64,000 bases of DNA from an uncultured Acidobacteriota bacterium (GTDB lineage Bacteria > Acidobacteriota > Vicinamibacteria > Vicinamibacterales > CAVVIG01): NCBI GenBank assembly GCA_963789965.1, contig CAWBMO010000006.1, forward strand, positions 258,651-322,650. Direction: 5' to 3'. The position numbers and the translations under genes were made by a program. Below the pieces are notes generated by a model, which was given only the letters and a program-made list of their open reading frames with translations, was not told the DNA's origin and did no database searches. This document shows positions 62,397 through 64,000 of this stretch, piece after piece (within the stretch, counting starts at the first letter, position 1; each line of letters opens with the position of its first letter).

Positions 62397-63793
62397 ACGC
62401 ATCATCCCATGGAAGAATAGACGACGGATTGGCTCCGTTGTCTCCTGCTCAACAACGACTGTGGTTGCTCGCTCAGTCGAAACCGAGCAGCCCTGTTTAC
62501 AACGTCTACAGGGCTTGGCATTTGAGTGGCGGTCTCAATGTTGAAGCTTTGCAGAGGTCGATCGACACAATCGTGGCACGCCATGCCGTGTTGCGTTCAA
62601 CCTTCGAGGTCGTGGACGGACATCCGATTCAGGTAGCCGCGCCGGCCTTGAGCATTCAGGTGCCAGTCGTTGACCTTCGACTGTGCTCGGCAGCCGAGCA
62701 GCACGCAGCAAGTGAGCGGATTGCACTGAGGGAGGCAAAGCGGCCCTTCGACCTGACCGAAGGGCCATTGTTTCGAGCGACACTGTTGCGCTTAGGTGAC
62801 AACGAGCACGTCCTCCTTCTCAGTTCGCACCACATCGTGATGGATGGCTGGTCGATGGGAGTGTTCAATCGAGAATTAGCGGCGCTCTATGGCGCCTTTA
62901 TTGTCAACAGGTCGTCCCCACTGCCTGATTTGCCGATGCAGTATCGCGACTACGCCCTTTGGCAGCGTGAGCAATCACAGCGCGACATGCTGGGATCACA
63001 ACTTCGCTACTGGAAGGCGCAGCTCGCAGGTTTGACTGCACTGGCGTTGCCGGCGGACAGGTTGCGGCCACCGGCAAGGAGTTACAAAGGTGCTCGCGAA
63101 ACCTTCCAGGTGTCAGCGGAGGCCGCGACGCAACTCAAGGTCCTTGGCCAACAGCATGGCGCCACGCTGTTCATGACCCTGTTGGCAGCGGTTAACGTCC
63201 TGTTCCACCGCTGCACGGGGCAGAGCGACATCGTTGTCGGCTCTCCCGTGGCCAATCGCACCACGCCAGAGCTCGAGCCCATGATTGGACTGGTTGTTAA
63301 CGCCTTGGTACTGCGAACCGATATGTCTGGCAACCCCACATTCCGCGAAGTGATGGCGAGAGTGCGCGAAGTGTGCCTGGGAGCCTACGCCCATCAGGAC
63401 GTGCCGTTCGAAAAGCTGGTTGAGGAAATGCAACTGACGCCAGACACGCGCCACAATCCGCTGTTCCAAGTGGCATTCACATTACACAATACTCCTGATC
63501 AGGCTCCGACGCTGACCGGCATGAGGACGACTCCATTCGCGACCGGCAGCGTCAGTCCATTTGACAGAGGCAATGACACCGCCAAGTTTGATCTGACTGT
63601 TTCCATGATCGAGACTGGTGGCGTGATCAAGGGTCTCTTGGAGTACAGCACGGATCTGTTTGACCGCGCGACTATTCAGCGGATGGCCGGTCACTTTCGG
63701 ACCTTGCTGCACAGCATTGCAGCCAACCCGGCTCAGCGACTCGCGGATTTTACGCCGTTGACGGAGACCATTGTGGGCACTCATGACACCTGA
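62393..63793 (+). CDS. Stand-alone NRPS condensation domain
   Basis: LSPAQQRLW, RHAVLRSTF, HHIVMDG, HQDVPFE, AKFDL; ends right after the C domain. Confidence 0.92.
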   Translation: MNASSHGRIDDGLAPLSPAQQRLWLLAQSKPSSPVYNVYRAWHLSGGLNVEALQRSIDTIVARHAVLRSTFEVVDGHPIQVAAPALSIQVPVVDLRLCSAAEQHAASERIALREAKRPFDLTEGPLFRATLLRLGDNEHVLLLSSHHIVMDGWSMGVFNRELAALYGAFIVNRSSPLPDLPMQYRDYALWQREQSQRDMLGSQLRYWKAQLAGLTALALPADRLRPPARSYKGARETFQVSAEAATQLKVLGQQHGATLFMTLLAAVNVLFHRCTGQSDIVVGSPVANRTTPELEPMIGLVVNALVLRTDMSGNPTFREVMARVREVCLGAYAHQDVPFEKLVEEMQLTPDTRHNPLFQVAFTLHNTPDQAPTLTGMRTTPFATGSVSPFDRGNDTAKFDLTVSMIETGGVIKGLLEYSTDLFDRATIQRMAGHFRTLLHSIAANPAQRLADFTPLTETIVGTHDT

Positions 63794-64000
63794 TTTCCCG
63801 CCCGGGAACCGTATGACCGACAGTGCCGACCGTACCGGCGCACTCTTGCCGGCGAACCCTGATTTGCTGAGGCCCGAGCTCGTACGAGAGGTGATCGATG
63901 GTCACGCATTGGTCGCGCGCTGCCTGAAGGAGCTGGGCGTTACGCATGTATATGGCGTGTCGGGAACGCCCGTTCGCGAAACGTTCGCCTCTTGCTTTCA
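63783..64000 (+). CDS. ThDP-dependent enzyme N-terminus (Oxc / 2-hydroxyacyl-CoA lyase-like), partial
   Basis: Not in the ORF track. Manual translation from ATG 63783: MTPDFPPGNRMTD...EVIDGHALVARCLKELGVTHVYGVSGTPVRETFASCF, open to the window end; resembles the TPP_enzyme_N start. Confidence 0.7.
   Translation, partial: MTPDFPPGNRMTDSADRTGALLPANPDLLRPELVREVIDGHALVARCLKELGVTHVYGVSGTPVRETFASCF

Noticed and set aside
1..64000. tRNA, rRNA, integrase, phage or defence genes
   Set aside because: None recognised; nearly all sequence is explained by the listed genes.

Overview
A GC-rich bacterial window; the gene set resembles Acidobacteriota (inference only). About a dozen single-base indels break otherwise intact genes, most likely long-read assembly errors. 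It has four blocks. (1) 1-4.6 kb, minus strand: amidohydrolase, PQQ dehydrogenase, di-heme cytochrome c and a secreted protein. (2) 4.7-21.7 kb, minus strand: two tandem paralogous giant secreted proteins (unnamed N-domain, LamG, DUF11-like, 24 and 7 Ig-like repeats, three copies each of an unnamed ~170-aa 'DAHF' domain). Both share a sigma54-like promoter and a 28-bp upstream box, and a DivIVA-domain gene lies upstream. (3) 22-55.6 kb, plus strand: three atypical NarL/LuxR regulators, then a surface-glycan locus with beta-barrel, short OPX, Wzc, Wzy-like protein, GT4s, PglC/D/E/F-like bacillosamine enzymes, WaaL-like ligase and Wzm/Wzt. It ends in an AT-richer tailoring cassette with a decayed IS256 fragment. 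(4) 55.7-64 kb, plus strand: a C-A-PCP-TE NRPS, an Sfp PPTase, an oxalate-CoA-ligase/Fum10-like A-PCP, a stand-alone C domain and the start of an Oxc/HACL-like ThDP enzyme. The best candidate for an undescribed system is this thiotemplate module attached to the glycan locus, possibly decorating the glycan with oxalyl/formyl or acyl-amino acid groups (inference).
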